A DNA stretch of 64,000 bases from Magnetospirillum sp. (GCA_027532905.1 JAPZUA010000001.1:663950-727949); one strand, 5' to 3'. Positions 28,004-37,770 are shown, numbered from the stretch's first letter. Numbers and translations: made by a program. The notes: a model not told the origin generated them from the letters alone.

Positions 28004-28140
28004 TAAAGGGCGCCTGGATTTCTGCTGCACTGCACAAATTCGCTTGACGTGTCCGACTCCGTGGGGCATTTTGCCCAAGCTTTAAGCTTGCCCGATTGCG
28101 AGCTGTGAAAAAGTCACCTGCTTGCGAGAGGAACCACGCC

Positions 28141-28608
28141 ATGATGAAGGGGACCCCTAAGATGCCGTTTGGCGATTTCGACTTCGGAAAGATGTTCGAC
28201 ATGTCCAAATTCGACATGACGAAGCAGATGGGCGAATTCAAGTTCGCTGCCGTCGATATGGAAGGCGTGGTTGCCACGCAGCGCAAGAACATCGAAGCGC
28301 TCGCCAAGGCCAACCAGCTTGCCGTCGAAAGCATGCAGGCGATCGCTCGCCGCCAGTCGGAAATCTTCCGCTCGATGATGGAAGAAGCCTCGTCGGCCGC
28401 GCGCGAAGTGATGGCCGCCGGCAGCCCCGAAGAAAAGGCCGCCAAGCAGACCGAAATCGTCAAGGACGCCTTCCAGCGCGCGGTCGTAAACATGCGCGAA
28501 CTGGCCGAGCTCGTGGCGAAGTCGCAGACCGACGCGATGGAAGTTGTGCAGCAGCGCGTCGCCGAGAGCCTCGACGAAATCAAGACGGTCATCGCGAAGA
28601 AGAAGTAA
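28141..28608 (+). CDS. Phasin-family protein (PHA-granule associated)
   Basis: Amphipathic, Ala/Glu/Lys-rich 155 aa (MMKGTPKMPFGDFDFGKMFDMSKFDM...). GAGAGGAA RBS 7 nt upstream. Strong terminator follows. Confidence 0.8.
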   Translation: MMKGTPKMPFGDFDFGKMFDMSKFDMTKQMGEFKFAAVDMEGVVATQRKNIEALAKANQLAVESMQAIARRQSEIFRSMMEEASSAAREVMAAGSPEEKAAKQTEIVKDAFQRAVVNMRELAELVAKSQTDAMEVVQQRVAESLDEIKTVIAKKK

Positions 28609-28631
28609 TTTTTTCTTCGTGCTAAGAGACA

Positions 28632-28660
28632 GGCCCCGCCGGAAACGGCGGGGCCTTTTT
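28632..28660 (+). terminator. Rho-independent terminator after the phasin gene
   Basis: GGCCCCGCCG-GAAA-CGGCGGGGCC (10-bp perfect stem) followed by TTTTT. Confidence 0.75.
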
Positions 28661-28679
28661 CGTTGTGGAGACGGGTGCG

Positions 28680-29018
28680 ATGGACCAGATCGGATTTGCC
28701 GATTTCGAGCGCGTGGATATTCGAGTGGGCACCGTGATTGCGGTCGAGCCCTTCCCGCAAGCGCGCAAACCCGCCTTCAAGCTGCAGATCGATTTCGGGC
28801 CCGAGATCGGCGTCAAAAAAAGTTCGGCGCAGATTACGGTGCACTACACGCCCGAAACCCTGGTCGGCCGCCAGGTCGCGGCCGTGGTGAATTTCCCGCC
28901 GCGCCAGATCGGCCCGTTCATGAGCGAGGTGCTCACGCTGGGCTTTCCCGATGCGAACGGTGCGGTCGTGCTGATCGGCCCGTCGCTGCCCGTGCCCAAT
29001 GGCGGCAAGCTTTTCTGA
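28680..29018 (+). CDS. csaA: tRNA-binding chaperone CsaA
   Basis: 112 aa ([28 protein letters not shown]...). Typical CsaA/Trbp111 OB-fold. GGAG RBS 9 nt upstream. Confidence 0.85.
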   Translation: MDQIGFADFERVDIRVGTVIAVEPFPQARKPAFKLQIDFGPEIGVKKSSAQITVHYTPETLVGRQVAAVVNFPPRQIGPFMSEVLTLGFPDANGAVVLIGPSLPVPNGGKLF

Positions 29019-29027
29019 GGAAGTGCG

Positions 29028-29828
29028 ATGACCGATCCCAAGATCCTTCTCGTCGGCTGCGGCAAAATGGGCGGGGCCATGCTGCAAGGCTGGCTTGCCG
29101 ATGCGGGCCTTGGGCCCTTTGTGGCGGTCGAGCCTGGCCCCGCCCCTGCAGCCGCCCATGCGCACGTGCGCCATGTCGCCGATCATGCCGCCATTCCGGC
29201 CGACTTCGTGCCGGACGTCGTCGTTTTCGCGACCAAGCCGCAGGTGATGAACGACGTCGCACCAGCCTATCGGCGTTTTGCGCGTGCGCTGTTCGTGTCG
29301 ATCGCAGCGGGAACCACGATCGCGACGTTCGAGCGTCATTTGGGTTCCGGCATCGCGATCGTGCGCGCGATGCCGAATACGCCGGCGTCCGTCGGGCGCG
29401 GCATTTCGGGCGCTTACGCAAGCCCGGCCGTTTCGCCCGACCAGCGTGCGCTTGCCGACCGGCTGCTGCGCAGCGTGGGTGCGGTCGAATGGGTGGCGAG
29501 CGAAGCCCTGATCGATGCCGTGACGGCCGTCTCGGGCTCGGGCCCGGCCTATGTGTTTTTGCTGGCCGAGGCATTGGCGGATGCCGGCGCAAAAGCCGGT
29601 TTGCCCGCCGATTTGGCCCAACGCTTGGCCCGTGCGACGGTCGCAGGGGCCGGCGAGTTGCTGCACCAAGCCCCTGAATCGGCAGAACAATTGCGCAAAA
29701 ACGTGACCTCGCCCAACGGTACGACGGCGGCCGCTTTGGCCGTGCTGATGGCGACAGACGGATTCGGCCCGCTCCTCGAGCGTGCCGTTGCCGCCGCCGC
29801 CAAACGCGCCCGCGAACTCGCCAGTTAG
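29028..29828 (+). CDS. proC: Pyrroline-5-carboxylate reductase
   Basis: ILLVGCGKMGGAM (Rossmann) and a ProC C-terminal dimerisation-domain motif (NVTSPNGTTAAAL). Confidence 0.9.
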   Translation: MTDPKILLVGCGKMGGAMLQGWLADAGLGPFVAVEPGPAPAAAHAHVRHVADHAAIPADFVPDVVVFATKPQVMNDVAPAYRRFARALFVSIAAGTTIATFERHLGSGIAIVRAMPNTPASVGRGISGAYASPAVSPDQRALADRLLRSVGAVEWVASEALIDAVTAVSGSGPAYVFLLAEALADAGAKAGLPADLAQRLARATVAGAGELLHQAPESAEQLRKNVTSPNGTTAAALAVLMATDGFGPLLERAVAAAAKRARELAS

Positions 29829-29978
29829 AGGCGGCTCCACGAGCCATAGACAGACCAGGGCGACGCTGTTATTTTCCCGGCCGCTCGCGCTGGACGGTGT
29901 TTTCGACCCGCGCGGGCTTGTCGTTTTTGGCATCGCTATCAAGACTTTGCGCGACCTTGCGCGCGACGGATCGGCACG

Positions 29979-30911
29979 ATGAAAATTCTCGCCTGCAATT
30001 CCAACCGGGTCCTGGCCGAAGCCGTCGCCGAATATCTCGATATTCCGCTGACCAAGGCGAATATCCGGCGCTTCGCGGACCAAGAAGTGTTCGTCGAGAT
30101 TCTCGAAAACGTGCGCGGCGAAGACGTCTTCGTCGTGCAGTCGACGAGCTTCCCGGCCAACGACCATCTGATGGAATTGCTCGTTTCGATCGACGCGTTG
30201 CGCCGCGGCTCGGCGCGCCGCATCACGGCCGTGCTGCCGTATTACGGCTACGCGCGCCAGGACCGCAAATCGGGTCCGCGCACGCCGATCTCGGCCAAGC
30301 TTGTGGCAAATCTTATCACGACTGCCGGTGCCGACCGCGTGGTCACGGTCGATCTGCACGCCGGCCAGATCCAAGGCTTCTTCGACATTCCGCTCGACAA
30401 TCTGTTCACCGCACCCACTTTCGTCAAAGACATGCGCGACCGCTTCAAGGGTGCGGACGTTGTGATGGTGAGCCCGGACGTCGGCGGTGTCGTTCGCGCG
30501 CGCGCGATCGCCAAGCGCGTCGAGGCCGATCTTGCGATCATCGACAAGCGCCGCGAACGTGCGGGCGTTTCGGAAGTCATGAACATCATCGGCGACGTCA
30601 AAGGCCGCACCTGCGTGCTGGTGGACGATATCGTCGACAGTGCCGGTACGCTGTGCAATGCGGCCGTGGCGCTGATGGACGAGGGTGCCAAAGAAGTGTG
30701 GGCCTACGTGGTGCACGGGGTGCTTTCGGGTGCGGCCGTTGCGCGCGTGACGGCGTCGCCCCTCAAAGAACTCGTGCTGACCGATTCCATCCTGGCGACC
30801 GAGGCCGTGAAGGCGGCCGCGAACATCCGCCAGGTGCCGATCGCGCCCTTGCTGGCCGAGGCGATGAAACGCATCAGCGAAGAACGTTCGGTTTCGAGCC
30901 TGTTCGACTAG
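29979..30911 (+). CDS. prs: Ribose-phosphate pyrophosphokinase
   Basis: Canonical Prs sequence over its whole length ([34 protein letters not shown]). Confidence 0.95.
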   Translation: MKILACNSNRVLAEAVAEYLDIPLTKANIRRFADQEVFVEILENVRGEDVFVVQSTSFPANDHLMELLVSIDALRRGSARRITAVLPYYGYARQDRKSGPRTPISAKLVANLITTAGADRVVTVDLHAGQIQGFFDIPLDNLFTAPTFVKDMRDRFKGADVVMVSPDVGGVVRARAIAKRVEADLAIIDKRRERAGVSEVMNIIGDVKGRTCVLVDDIVDSAGTLCNAAVALMDEGAKEVWAYVVHGVLSGAAVARVTASPLKELVLTDSILATEAVKAAANIRQVPIAPLLAEAMKRISEERSVSSLFD

Positions 30912-30992
30912 AGCAGCCGCGAAACCGACGACGACCGACGTTGCGGCACCCCTGGAGGCCGGCGTCGGAACCCTGGTAGAGGAGAGTAGAGT

Positions 30993-31709
30993 ATGTCGAC
31001 TGCAATCAAACTCGCGGCCACCGCGAGAGAGCGGGCTGGGAAAGGGGCCGCCCGCGCCGTCCGTCGTGAGGGCCGTGTTCCGGCCGTCATCTACGGCGAC
31101 AAAACAGCCCCTGTGATGATCTCGCTCGATCCGCGCGACATCATGCGCGAAGCGTCCAAGGCCGGGTTCTTCACCCGTCTTTACGACGTCGAGGTCGACG
31201 GCAAAGCGCACCGCGTTCTGCCGCGCGACATTCAGTTCCACCCGGTGAACGACAAGCCCGAACATGTCGACTTCCAGCGCGTGGGCGAAACCACGCGCGT
31301 GCGCGTCGAAGTGCCGGTCAAGCTCGAGAACCTGGAAAAGTCGCCGGGCGTGAAGCGCGGCGGCGTGGTCAATCTCGTGCGCCACGCGATCGAAGTGTGG
31401 GCGATGCCGGGCAACATTCCCTCGCGCATCGTGATCGACATGGCCGGTCTCGACATCGGCGATTCGATCCACATCGAAGCGATCAAGTTGCCCGAGGGCG
31501 TGAAGCCCACCATCGCGCGCAACTTCACGGTCGTGGCCTTGCGTGCCCCCAGCGTGTCGAAGGTCGAAGAGAAGACCGAGACCGTTGCGGCAGCCGCAGC
31601 CCCTGCGGCCGACGGCAAGGCGGCACCCGCCGCTGCCGCCGGAGCGAAGGCCGGCGACGCCAAGGCGGCACCCGCCGCTGCGGCCGCCAAGCCTGCTGCC
31701 AAGAAGTAA
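30993..31709 (+). CDS. rplY: 50S ribosomal protein L25 / general stress protein Ctc
   Basis: L25/Ctc N- and beta-domain, then an Ala/Lys/Pro-rich low-complexity C-terminal tail. Lies in the conserved prs-rplY-pth-ychF order. Confidence 0.9.
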   Translation: MSTAIKLAATARERAGKGAARAVRREGRVPAVIYGDKTAPVMISLDPRDIMREASKAGFFTRLYDVEVDGKAHRVLPRDIQFHPVNDKPEHVDFQRVGETTRVRVEVPVKLENLEKSPGVKRGGVVNLVRHAIEVWAMPGNIPSRIVIDMAGLDIGDSIHIEAIKLPEGVKPTIARNFTVVALRAPSVSKVEEKTETVAAAAAPAADGKAAPAAAAGAKAGDAKAAPAAAAAKPAAKK

Positions 31710-31745
31710 GCCAGCGACGTTTCGCGAAAATTCGGGGCCCGGACC

Positions 31746-32330
31746 ATGAAGCTCCTTGTCGGGCTTGGCAATCCGGGCCCCGAATACGCGAACAACCGCC
31801 ACAATGTCGGTTTCCATGCCCTCGATGCCGTCGCGGCACGCTGGCATTTCGGCCCCTGGAAAAAGCGCCTGGGCGGCATCACGGCCGAGGGCGACATTGC
31901 AGGCCACCGCACCGTGGCGCTGAAGCCGCTCACCTACATGAACGATTCCGGCCGCTCGGTCGGCGAGGCAAGCCGGTTTCTGAAGATCGTGCCGAACTCG
32001 ATTGTGGTGGTGCACGACGAACTCGACCTGCCGCCCGCCAAAATCCGCACCAAGTCCGGCGGCGGCCATGGCGGGCACAACGGTCTGCGTTCGATCGACG
32101 CCCATCTCGGCACCAAGGATTATCGGCGCCTGCGCATCGGCATCGGCCATCCGGGCGACAAGGCGCTGGTGTCGGACTATGTGCTGCACGATTTCGGCAA
32201 GGGCGACCGCTTGTGGCTCGAGCCGCTGCTGGCCGCGATCGCTGACAGTGCTTCCATGCTGCTCGACGGCAACGAGGCTGGGTTTCTCAACAAAGTGGCG
32301 CGCCTGACGGCGCCGCTCAAACCGGTTTGA
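31746..32330 (+). CDS. pth: Peptidyl-tRNA hydrolase
   Basis: MKLLVGLGNPG...YxxxRHNVGF... and the catalytic HNGLRS motif. Confidence 0.95.
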   Translation: MKLLVGLGNPGPEYANNRHNVGFHALDAVAARWHFGPWKKRLGGITAEGDIAGHRTVALKPLTYMNDSGRSVGEASRFLKIVPNSIVVVHDELDLPPAKIRTKSGGGHGGHNGLRSIDAHLGTKDYRRLRIGIGHPGDKALVSDYVLHDFGKGDRLWLEPLLAAIADSASMLLDGNEAGFLNKVARLTAPLKPV

Positions 32331-32342
32331 AGGAACAGGAAT

Positions 32343-33443
32343 ATGGGTTTTCGCTGCGGAATCGTGGGCCTGCCGAATGTCGGCAAATCGACCCTGTTCA
32401 ACGCGCTGACGGCGACGGCAGCGGCGGCGGCGGCGAACTATCCGTTCTGCACGATCGAGCCCAATGTGGGCCGCGTGCCCGTGCCCGATGCGCGCCTCGA
32501 CAAACTCGCTTCGCTCGGCAAGTCGCAGCGCGTGGTGCCCACGCAGCTTGAGTTCGTGGATATTGCGGGCCTCGTGCGCGGGGCGTCCAAGGGCGAAGGC
32601 CTCGGCAACCAGTTCCTCGGCCATATCCGCGAAGTGGACGCGATCGCCCACGTGCTGCGCTGCTTCGAGAACGGCGACATCGTGCACGTTGAAGGCTCGA
32701 TCGACCCGATCCGCGATGCCGAGACTGTCGAAACCGAATTGATGCTGGCCGACATGGACAGCCTCGAAAAGCGCCTGCCCAATCTGCAGAAAAAAGCCAA
32801 AGGCGGCGACAAAGAATCCAAAGCCCAGATCGAGATCATCGAGCCCGTACTCGAAGCCCTGCGTGCGGGAAAGCCCGCCCGCACCTTCGTGCCCTCGGCC
32901 GAACAGCGCGAGACCTTGCGCCAGCTGCAGCTGCTGACGGCCAAGCCTGTGCTCTATGTGTGCAATGTCGAAGAGGAAAGTGCCGACAAAGGCAATTCGC
33001 TGTCGGCCAAAGTGGCCGAGATGGCGGCCCGCCAGGGGGCTTCGAGCGTGGTAATTTCGGCCGCGATCGAAGCCGAGATCTCGCAGCTGGCCAGTGCCGA
33101 AGAACGCCAGGAGTTTCTGGCCACGCTCGGCCTGTCGGAGACCGGCCTGACGCGCGTGATCCGCGCGGGCTACGGCCTGTTGGGCCTGCTCACCTTCTTC
33201 ACGGTGGGGCCCAAGGAAGCGCGCGCTTGGACCGTGCGCGCGGGCGCCAAAGCGCCCGAAGCGGCGGGTGCGATCCACAGCGATTTCGAACGCGGCTTCA
33301 TCGCGGCCGAAACCATCGCCTATGCCGATTACGTGGCGCTGGGCGGCGAAGCGGGGGCCAAAGAGGCCGGCAAGGCCCGCACTGAAGGCCGCGACTACAC
33401 GGCCAACGACGGCGACGTATTCCTTTTTAGATTCAACGTCTAA
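32343..33443 (+). CDS. ychF: Ribosome-binding ATPase YchF
   Basis: GIVGLPNVGKSTLFNALT (G1), NxxD, TGS and C-terminal domains. 366 aa. Confidence 0.95.
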   Translation: MGFRCGIVGLPNVGKSTLFNALTATAAAAAANYPFCTIEPNVGRVPVPDARLDKLASLGKSQRVVPTQLEFVDIAGLVRGASKGEGLGNQFLGHIREVDAIAHVLRCFENGDIVHVEGSIDPIRDAETVETELMLADMDSLEKRLPNLQKKAKGGDKESKAQIEIIEPVLEALRAGKPARTFVPSAEQRETLRQLQLLTAKPVLYVCNVEEESADKGNSLSAKVAEMAARQGASSVVISAAIEAEISQLASAEERQEFLATLGLSETGLTRVIRAGYGLLGLLTFFTVGPKEARAWTVRAGAKAPEAAGAIHSDFERGFIAAETIAYADYVALGGEAGAKEAGKARTEGRDYTANDGDVFLFRFNV

Positions 33444-33551
33444 TATCCACAACCTCCGACCGGAGGCCGAAAAAAACTTCGCCGCCTGTGACGAAGGGCA
33501 CTTGACAGCTTTCGCACGACTGCAGGATGTTCTGTCGGAACAACTGCACCC

Positions 33552-34271
33552 GTGCGAAAAATAAGCAGCATGCAAGTGGTTTCCCCGGCCCGTCTGCTCC
33601 TCATTCTGTGCGCGCTTGCACTCGGTGCGTGTGCGGCGAACAATCGCCGGGCCGAGGATTTCACCGCATTCAAGGGCGGCAAAGACGCCGTCATTCTGGT
33701 TTTGCCCGTCGATGCCGAATTGTCGGAGCTTTCCTTCGGCGGCTATCCGACGACGCGGCGCGACTGGACGCTCGCCGCACGCGAGCATCTGAACGCCAAT
33801 CTGCGGTCGGCTTTGCAGAAAAAGTCCATCTCGGCCGTCTTCGGCGAAACCCAAGAGCCCGACGAGGCGACCGCAAAGCTGTTGCGGGTGCACGCGGCGG
33901 TCGGCCAGTCGATCATGAGCCACCAATACGAAGGGCCGGCCAAGCTGCCGACCAAGGCCAGCGGCTTCGACTGGACCTTGGGCACCGACGCGCGTGCGCT
34001 GGGCCAGGGGTCGACGGCGAACTATGCTCTTTTCATTCATGTGCGCGACTCGTATTCGTCGGCGGGGCGCGTCATGGCGCAGGCGATCGCGGCTGCCGTG
34101 TTCGGCGTGGCGATACAAGGCGGCGCGCAGACGGGCTTCGCTTCGCTCGTCGATCTGCAGACGGGCCAGGTCGTCTGGTTCAACCGGCTGCTGCGCGCGG
34201 CGGGCGATCTGCGCACGCACGAAGCGGCGATCGAAACCGTCGAGGTTTTGCTGGCCGGTCTGCCCGAATGA
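33552..34271 (+). CDS. Hypothetical lipoprotein
   Basis: Signal peptide with lipobox-like LALGAC. GTG 33552 or ATG 33570 start. Its stop overlaps the ATG of the M48 peptidase gene (ATGA). Confidence 0.5.
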   Translation: MRKISSMQVVSPARLLLILCALALGACAANNRRAEDFTAFKGGKDAVILVLPVDAELSELSFGGYPTTRRDWTLAAREHLNANLRSALQKKSISAVFGETQEPDEATAKLLRVHAAVGQSIMSHQYEGPAKLPTKASGFDWTLGTDARALGQGSTANYALFIHVRDSYSSAGRVMAQAIAAAVFGVAIQGGAQTGFASLVDLQTGQVVWFNRLLRAAGDLRTHEAAIETVEVLLAGLPE

Positions 34272-35476
34272 ACCTGACGCGGCGCATGTTTCTGGGCGGC
34301 CTTTGCACCTGCAGTGCGGGCGGCCTGCTCGCCTGCACGCCGACCGATCCGGGCAGACCGCGCCTCGACGCAGGCATCGGCGGCCAAAGCGACCTTTCGC
34401 CGCGCAACCAGCCAGGCCAGCGCCACGGCACCGATGCCGATCCGGATGCGGGCATGCGCGAGACCTTTGAAGGCATGGAACGGCGCCTCCAGGCCTCGCG
34501 CTATCGCGTGCGCGAGGCCAAGGTGAACGCCTATGTCGGCGGCATCGTGCAGCGCATGGCCGGCGAATTCGCTTCCGACATCCGCACTTACATCGTACGC
34601 GTGCCCGATTTCAACGCGACCCAAGCCCCCAACGGCATGATGCAGGTATGGACCGGCCTGCTCGTGCGCTGCACGAACGAATCGCAGATGGCGGCCGTGC
34701 TGGGGCACGAGATCGGCCACTACACGCGCGCGCACGGCCGCGAGGGGCACAATGTGCGGCGCAGGAATGCCGACCTCGGGCAAGCGCTTGCGATGGTGCT
34801 GGGGGCCGCCGGAGCGCCCCAGCTTGCCGACATCAACAACGTGCTGCTGACAGCGAGCAGCTTCGGCTACAACCGGGAAAACGAGCGCGAATCGGACGAG
34901 ATCGGCATTCGCCTGCTGGCCGAGCACGGGCTTTCGCCAATCGAAGCGGCGCGAAACTGGGAAAACATCACGACCGAGTTCGAGGCGCGCGGCCTTCCGC
35001 GCAGCCAAAGTCTGCTGTTTTCGACCCACCCGTCCGACGAGGAGCGCACCGAGCATTTGCGCCGCCGCGCGGGCGAGCTTCCGCCCGGCGAGGCGCACGC
35101 GGCGCGCTATCGCGACGGCATTTCCGAGATACGCGAATACATCTTCGAAGAGCAGATACGCACGGGCGTGCATGCGAGCACGATCGTCATCGGCGACCGC
35201 TGGCTTGCCGAGTTTCCGGGCGACGGCCTTGCCCTCTACGCCAAAGGCGAAGCGCTGCGCTTGCGCGCCAAGACGGGCGACGACGAAGCGGCGGCGGCGG
35301 CACTCGACGCCGCCATTCGCGATACGAATACCCCCGCGAATGCCTGGCGCGGCTACGGCCTCTTGCGCCGCAAGCTGGGGCAGGAGGCGGAGGCGCGCGA
35401 ACTGCTGACCGAATATCTCCGCCGCGCGCCCAACGCGCCCGACCGCGATCTTGTCCGACGCAGCCTTGCAGGATAG
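34268..35476 (+). CDS. M48-family Zn metallopeptidase with Tat-type signal and C-terminal TPR-like region
   Basis: RRMFLGGL twin-arginine signal, HEIGH Zn motif (LGHEIGHYTRAH), a downstream E for the third ligand, and a helical repeat C-terminus. Start trimmed to MNLTRRMF. Confidence 0.8.
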   Translation: MNLTRRMFLGGLCTCSAGGLLACTPTDPGRPRLDAGIGGQSDLSPRNQPGQRHGTDADPDAGMRETFEGMERRLQASRYRVREAKVNAYVGGIVQRMAGEFASDIRTYIVRVPDFNATQAPNGMMQVWTGLLVRCTNESQMAAVLGHEIGHYTRAHGREGHNVRRRNADLGQALAMVLGAAGAPQLADINNVLLTASSFGYNRENERESDEIGIRLLAEHGLSPIEAARNWENITTEFEARGLPRSQSLLFSTHPSDEERTEHLRRRAGELPPGEAHAARYRDGISEIREYIFEEQIRTGVHASTIVIGDRWLAEFPGDGLALYAKGEALRLRAKTGDDEAAAAALDAAIRDTNTPANAWRGYGLLRRKLGQEAEARELLTEYLRRAPNAPDRDLVRRSLAG

Positions 35477-35479
35477 AGC

Positions 35480-36103
35480 ATGACCGTGAGACTTCGCCGC
35501 TTCCTTCGCGTTCTCGCCTTTGTCGGCCTTGCTCTGGCCGTGGCCGCCTGCCAGCACTACGCGGCGATCGGGCCAGGCAGCTACGACGTCCACGGCAAAA
35601 TCGCCGTCCAGCTCGACAGCCAATGGAACCGCCAGGTCGCCGGGCCGCGCGCGGCTTGGGACGAAAGCTGGACGCGCAATGGCCCGTTGCTCGACGCGCT
35701 CGTGATCGCGGCCGGCATTGCGGACGGCAAACCGCTCCTCGATGTGAGTGGCAAAGCGGCCGAGCAGTTGCCCAAATTCCGCCCTGGCATGGCGCCTGGT
35801 GACATCGTGACTTTGGTGCAAGGCACGCTCGGCTCTGCCGCGAAGGCCAGCGATTTCGAAACCACGAAGATCGAGACGACGCATATCGACGGGCGCGAGG
35901 CGGTACGCTTCGAATTCACCTTCGGAACCGGGGCCGACAGCCCGCTCGAAAGCGACCGCAAAGCGCTTGGCGTGGCGGTCGAGGTCGACCGTCAGCTCTA
36001 CCTCGTGCTGTTCCATGCCGTCGAAACCCACTATTTCGAGGCTTTGCGCCCGACGGTCGAAGCCGTGATGGAATCGGTCCGAATTCGGGCAAAAAAGGCC
36101 TGA
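35480..36103 (+). CDS. Hypothetical lipoprotein
   Basis: Signal peptide plus lipobox LALAVAAC. 207 aa. Starts 4 nt after the peptidase stop. Confidence 0.55.
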   Translation: MTVRLRRFLRVLAFVGLALAVAACQHYAAIGPGSYDVHGKIAVQLDSQWNRQVAGPRAAWDESWTRNGPLLDALVIAAGIADGKPLLDVSGKAAEQLPKFRPGMAPGDIVTLVQGTLGSAAKASDFETTKIETTHIDGREAVRFEFTFGTGADSPLESDRKALGVAVEVDRQLYLVLFHAVETHYFEALRPTVEAVMESVRIRAKKA

Positions 36104-36181
36104 AGCCCCCCTGCCCCTTGCCCGACTCGGGGGCCAACCCCCATAGTTCGCGGAGTTTTTCCGCTTCGCACGAGGGTATGG

Positions 36182-36856
36182 ATGGGCCATCCGATCGAAC
36201 TGACCGCCACCGACGGCCACCGCTTCCAGGCATGGCGCGCCGATCCGCCGGGCAAGCCGCGCGCGGGCCTCGTGATCGTGCAGGAGATTTTCGGCGTCAA
36301 CGACCATATGCGCAAAGTCACCGACGGATTCGGCTACGACGGCTATCTGGCTTTGTGCCCGGCTTTGTTCGACCGCGTGACCCCCGGCATCGAGCTTGGC
36401 TACACCGAAGACGACATCGCCAAGGGCCGCGAAGTGCGCGGCAAAGTGCCCTATCCCAAAGCCCTCAACGACATCGCGGCGGCAGCGGCGGCGCTGCAGC
36501 GTGCGGGCTGCATCAAAGTGGCGGTGATCGGCTATTGCTGGGGCGGCACGCTCGCCTGGCTTGCGGCCACGCGCGTGACCGGCATCAACGCCGCGATCAG
36601 CTACTATGGCGGCGGGGTCGCGGAACACGCGCAGGAAAATCCGCGCTGCCCGGTCTTGTTCCATTTCGGCGAGACGGACGCCTCGATCCCGATGTCGGAC
36701 GTCGACAAGATCGGCCGCATGCAGCCCGACACCGACCTGTTCGTGTATCCGGCCGGGCACGGTTTTTCGTGCGACGCGCGCGGCAGCTACGACAAAGCTT
36801 CGTCCGACAAAGCGCGCGAACGCACGCGCGAGTTCCTGCGCCGCTACGCCGGCTGA
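36182..36856 (+). CDS. Dienelactone-hydrolase-family protein
   Basis: VIVQEIFGVNDHMR...GYCWGG (nucleophile elbow G-x-C-x-G) ... H near the C-terminus. 224 aa. Confidence 0.85.
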   Translation: MGHPIELTATDGHRFQAWRADPPGKPRAGLVIVQEIFGVNDHMRKVTDGFGYDGYLALCPALFDRVTPGIELGYTEDDIAKGREVRGKVPYPKALNDIAAAAAALQRAGCIKVAVIGYCWGGTLAWLAATRVTGINAAISYYGGGVAEHAQENPRCPVLFHFGETDASIPMSDVDKIGRMQPDTDLFVYPAGHGFSCDARGSYDKASSDKARERTREFLRRYAG

Positions 36857-36907
36857 ACCTTTGGTTGCAATGCCTGGCATGCGTTTGCCGAGGGCCATCG
36901 CGTTCTC

Positions 36908-37762
36908 CTAGGCTTTCGAAAAGGCGATGGCCACACCGCCCGCAAGCTCAGGCGGCACATGGAGGCCCGCCCCGCGATCGCGCTCGAATTCGATGCCGCC
37001 GGCCTTGAGGGCGGCGGCACATTTGTCGAGATCGGCCGTGCGCAAGGTGAGGCCCGCATAACCTTGGCGCACGGGCTCGTCCGGGGCGACGGCCGGGTGC
37101 ATGAAGGTCATGTCGGCGGCGGTCACGAACATCAAAAATCCGCCGCCGCGCCCGCAGCGCACGGCAAGCGTGTCGTCGGTCGCAACGGCCGAGCCGAGTC
37201 CGAAAATCGCTTCGAACGGCTCTTGCAGGGCAAGCGGCGATTCGACCACGCAGGTGATGCTCTCGATGCCCACGACTTGGTTCGGGTGCGCGCACCATTC
37301 CGGCCGCCACACAAGCTCACGCGAGAGATGCTCGGTCACGAACGGCTTGAGCCCGCCCGGATAGGGCAACTCGGGCATCGCGAGCGCAAAACGCGGCTCG
37401 ACATTGCCGCTTGGCAGTTCGATGAAGCGCGAAAGATCCTTGACCGTATGGGGCAGCCCGCGCGCACCCAGCCAATCGGCGGCTTCGCCCGCTTTTTCGG
37501 CGGCCCAGGCGAGGCCGAGCAGCCCCGGCCCATCCGCGCTGAGCATCGCAGCCAAACCATTGTCGAAACCGGCCGGATCGATCTGGCCCAGCAGCTCGAC
37601 ATAGTCGTGTGCGAACATGACGCAGTAATTGCCGGTCCCCCAGCCTTTGTGGCGACCGCGCGGGCTCACGACGAAGCCCAGGCTCTGCCACAATGCGCGC
37701 GCGGCCTCGAGATCGTCCGTACCGACGATCGCGTGGTCGATGCCGCGAAGGGGACCGATCAC
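36908..37762 (-). CDS. VOC (glyoxalase/bleomycin-resistance/dioxygenase) family protein, two-domain
   Basis: Two beta-alpha-beta-beta-beta modules (IDHAIVGTDDLEAARALWQSLGF..., ITCVVESPLALQEPFEAIFG...). No upstream ATG that avoids the overlap, so GTG 37762 is proposed, 9 nt after the aldolase/SDR stop. Confidence 0.6.
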   Translation of the reverse strand: MIGPLRGIDHAIVGTDDLEAARALWQSLGFVVSPRGRHKGWGTGNYCVMFAHDYVELLGQIDPAGFDNGLAAMLSADGPGLLGLAWAAEKAGEAADWLGARGLPHTVKDLSRFIELPSGNVEPRFALAMPELPYPGGLKPFVTEHLSRELVWRPEWCAHPNQVVGIESITCVVESPLALQEPFEAIFGLGSAVATDDTLAVRCGRGGGFLMFVTAADMTFMHPAVAPDEPVRQGYAGLTLRTADLDKCAAALKAGGIEFERDRGAGLHVPPELAGGVAIAFSKA

Positions 37763-37770
37763 CGCGGCAC

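Noticed and set aside
33444-33551. Possible hairpin CCTCCG-AC-CGGAGG followed by an A-tract after ychF
   Set aside because: The loop is too short (2 nt). It is followed by A's rather than T's on the ychF strand, and T's precede rather than follow it on the opposite strand. It is not a convincing intrinsic terminator.
27888-34220. Giant 2110-aa minus-strand ORF spanning 6.3 kb
   Set aside because: It is exactly antisense to seven well-recognised, highly conserved plus-strand genes (phasin, csaA, proC, prs, rplY, pth, ychF) and the start of a lipoprotein gene. Its product is low-complexity (R/G/A/H/D-rich, for example RRRRRCRRRQRVEQGRF) with no recognisable domain. In ~70% GC genomes the reverse frame of GC3-rich genes routinely lacks stop codons. 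It is a shadow ORF, not a giant protein.
34037-36898. 953-aa minus-strand ORF
   Set aside because: Antisense to the lipoprotein / M48 peptidase / lipoprotein / dienelactone-hydrolase genes, which carry clear motifs (HEIGH, G-x-C-x-G). Shadow ORF.
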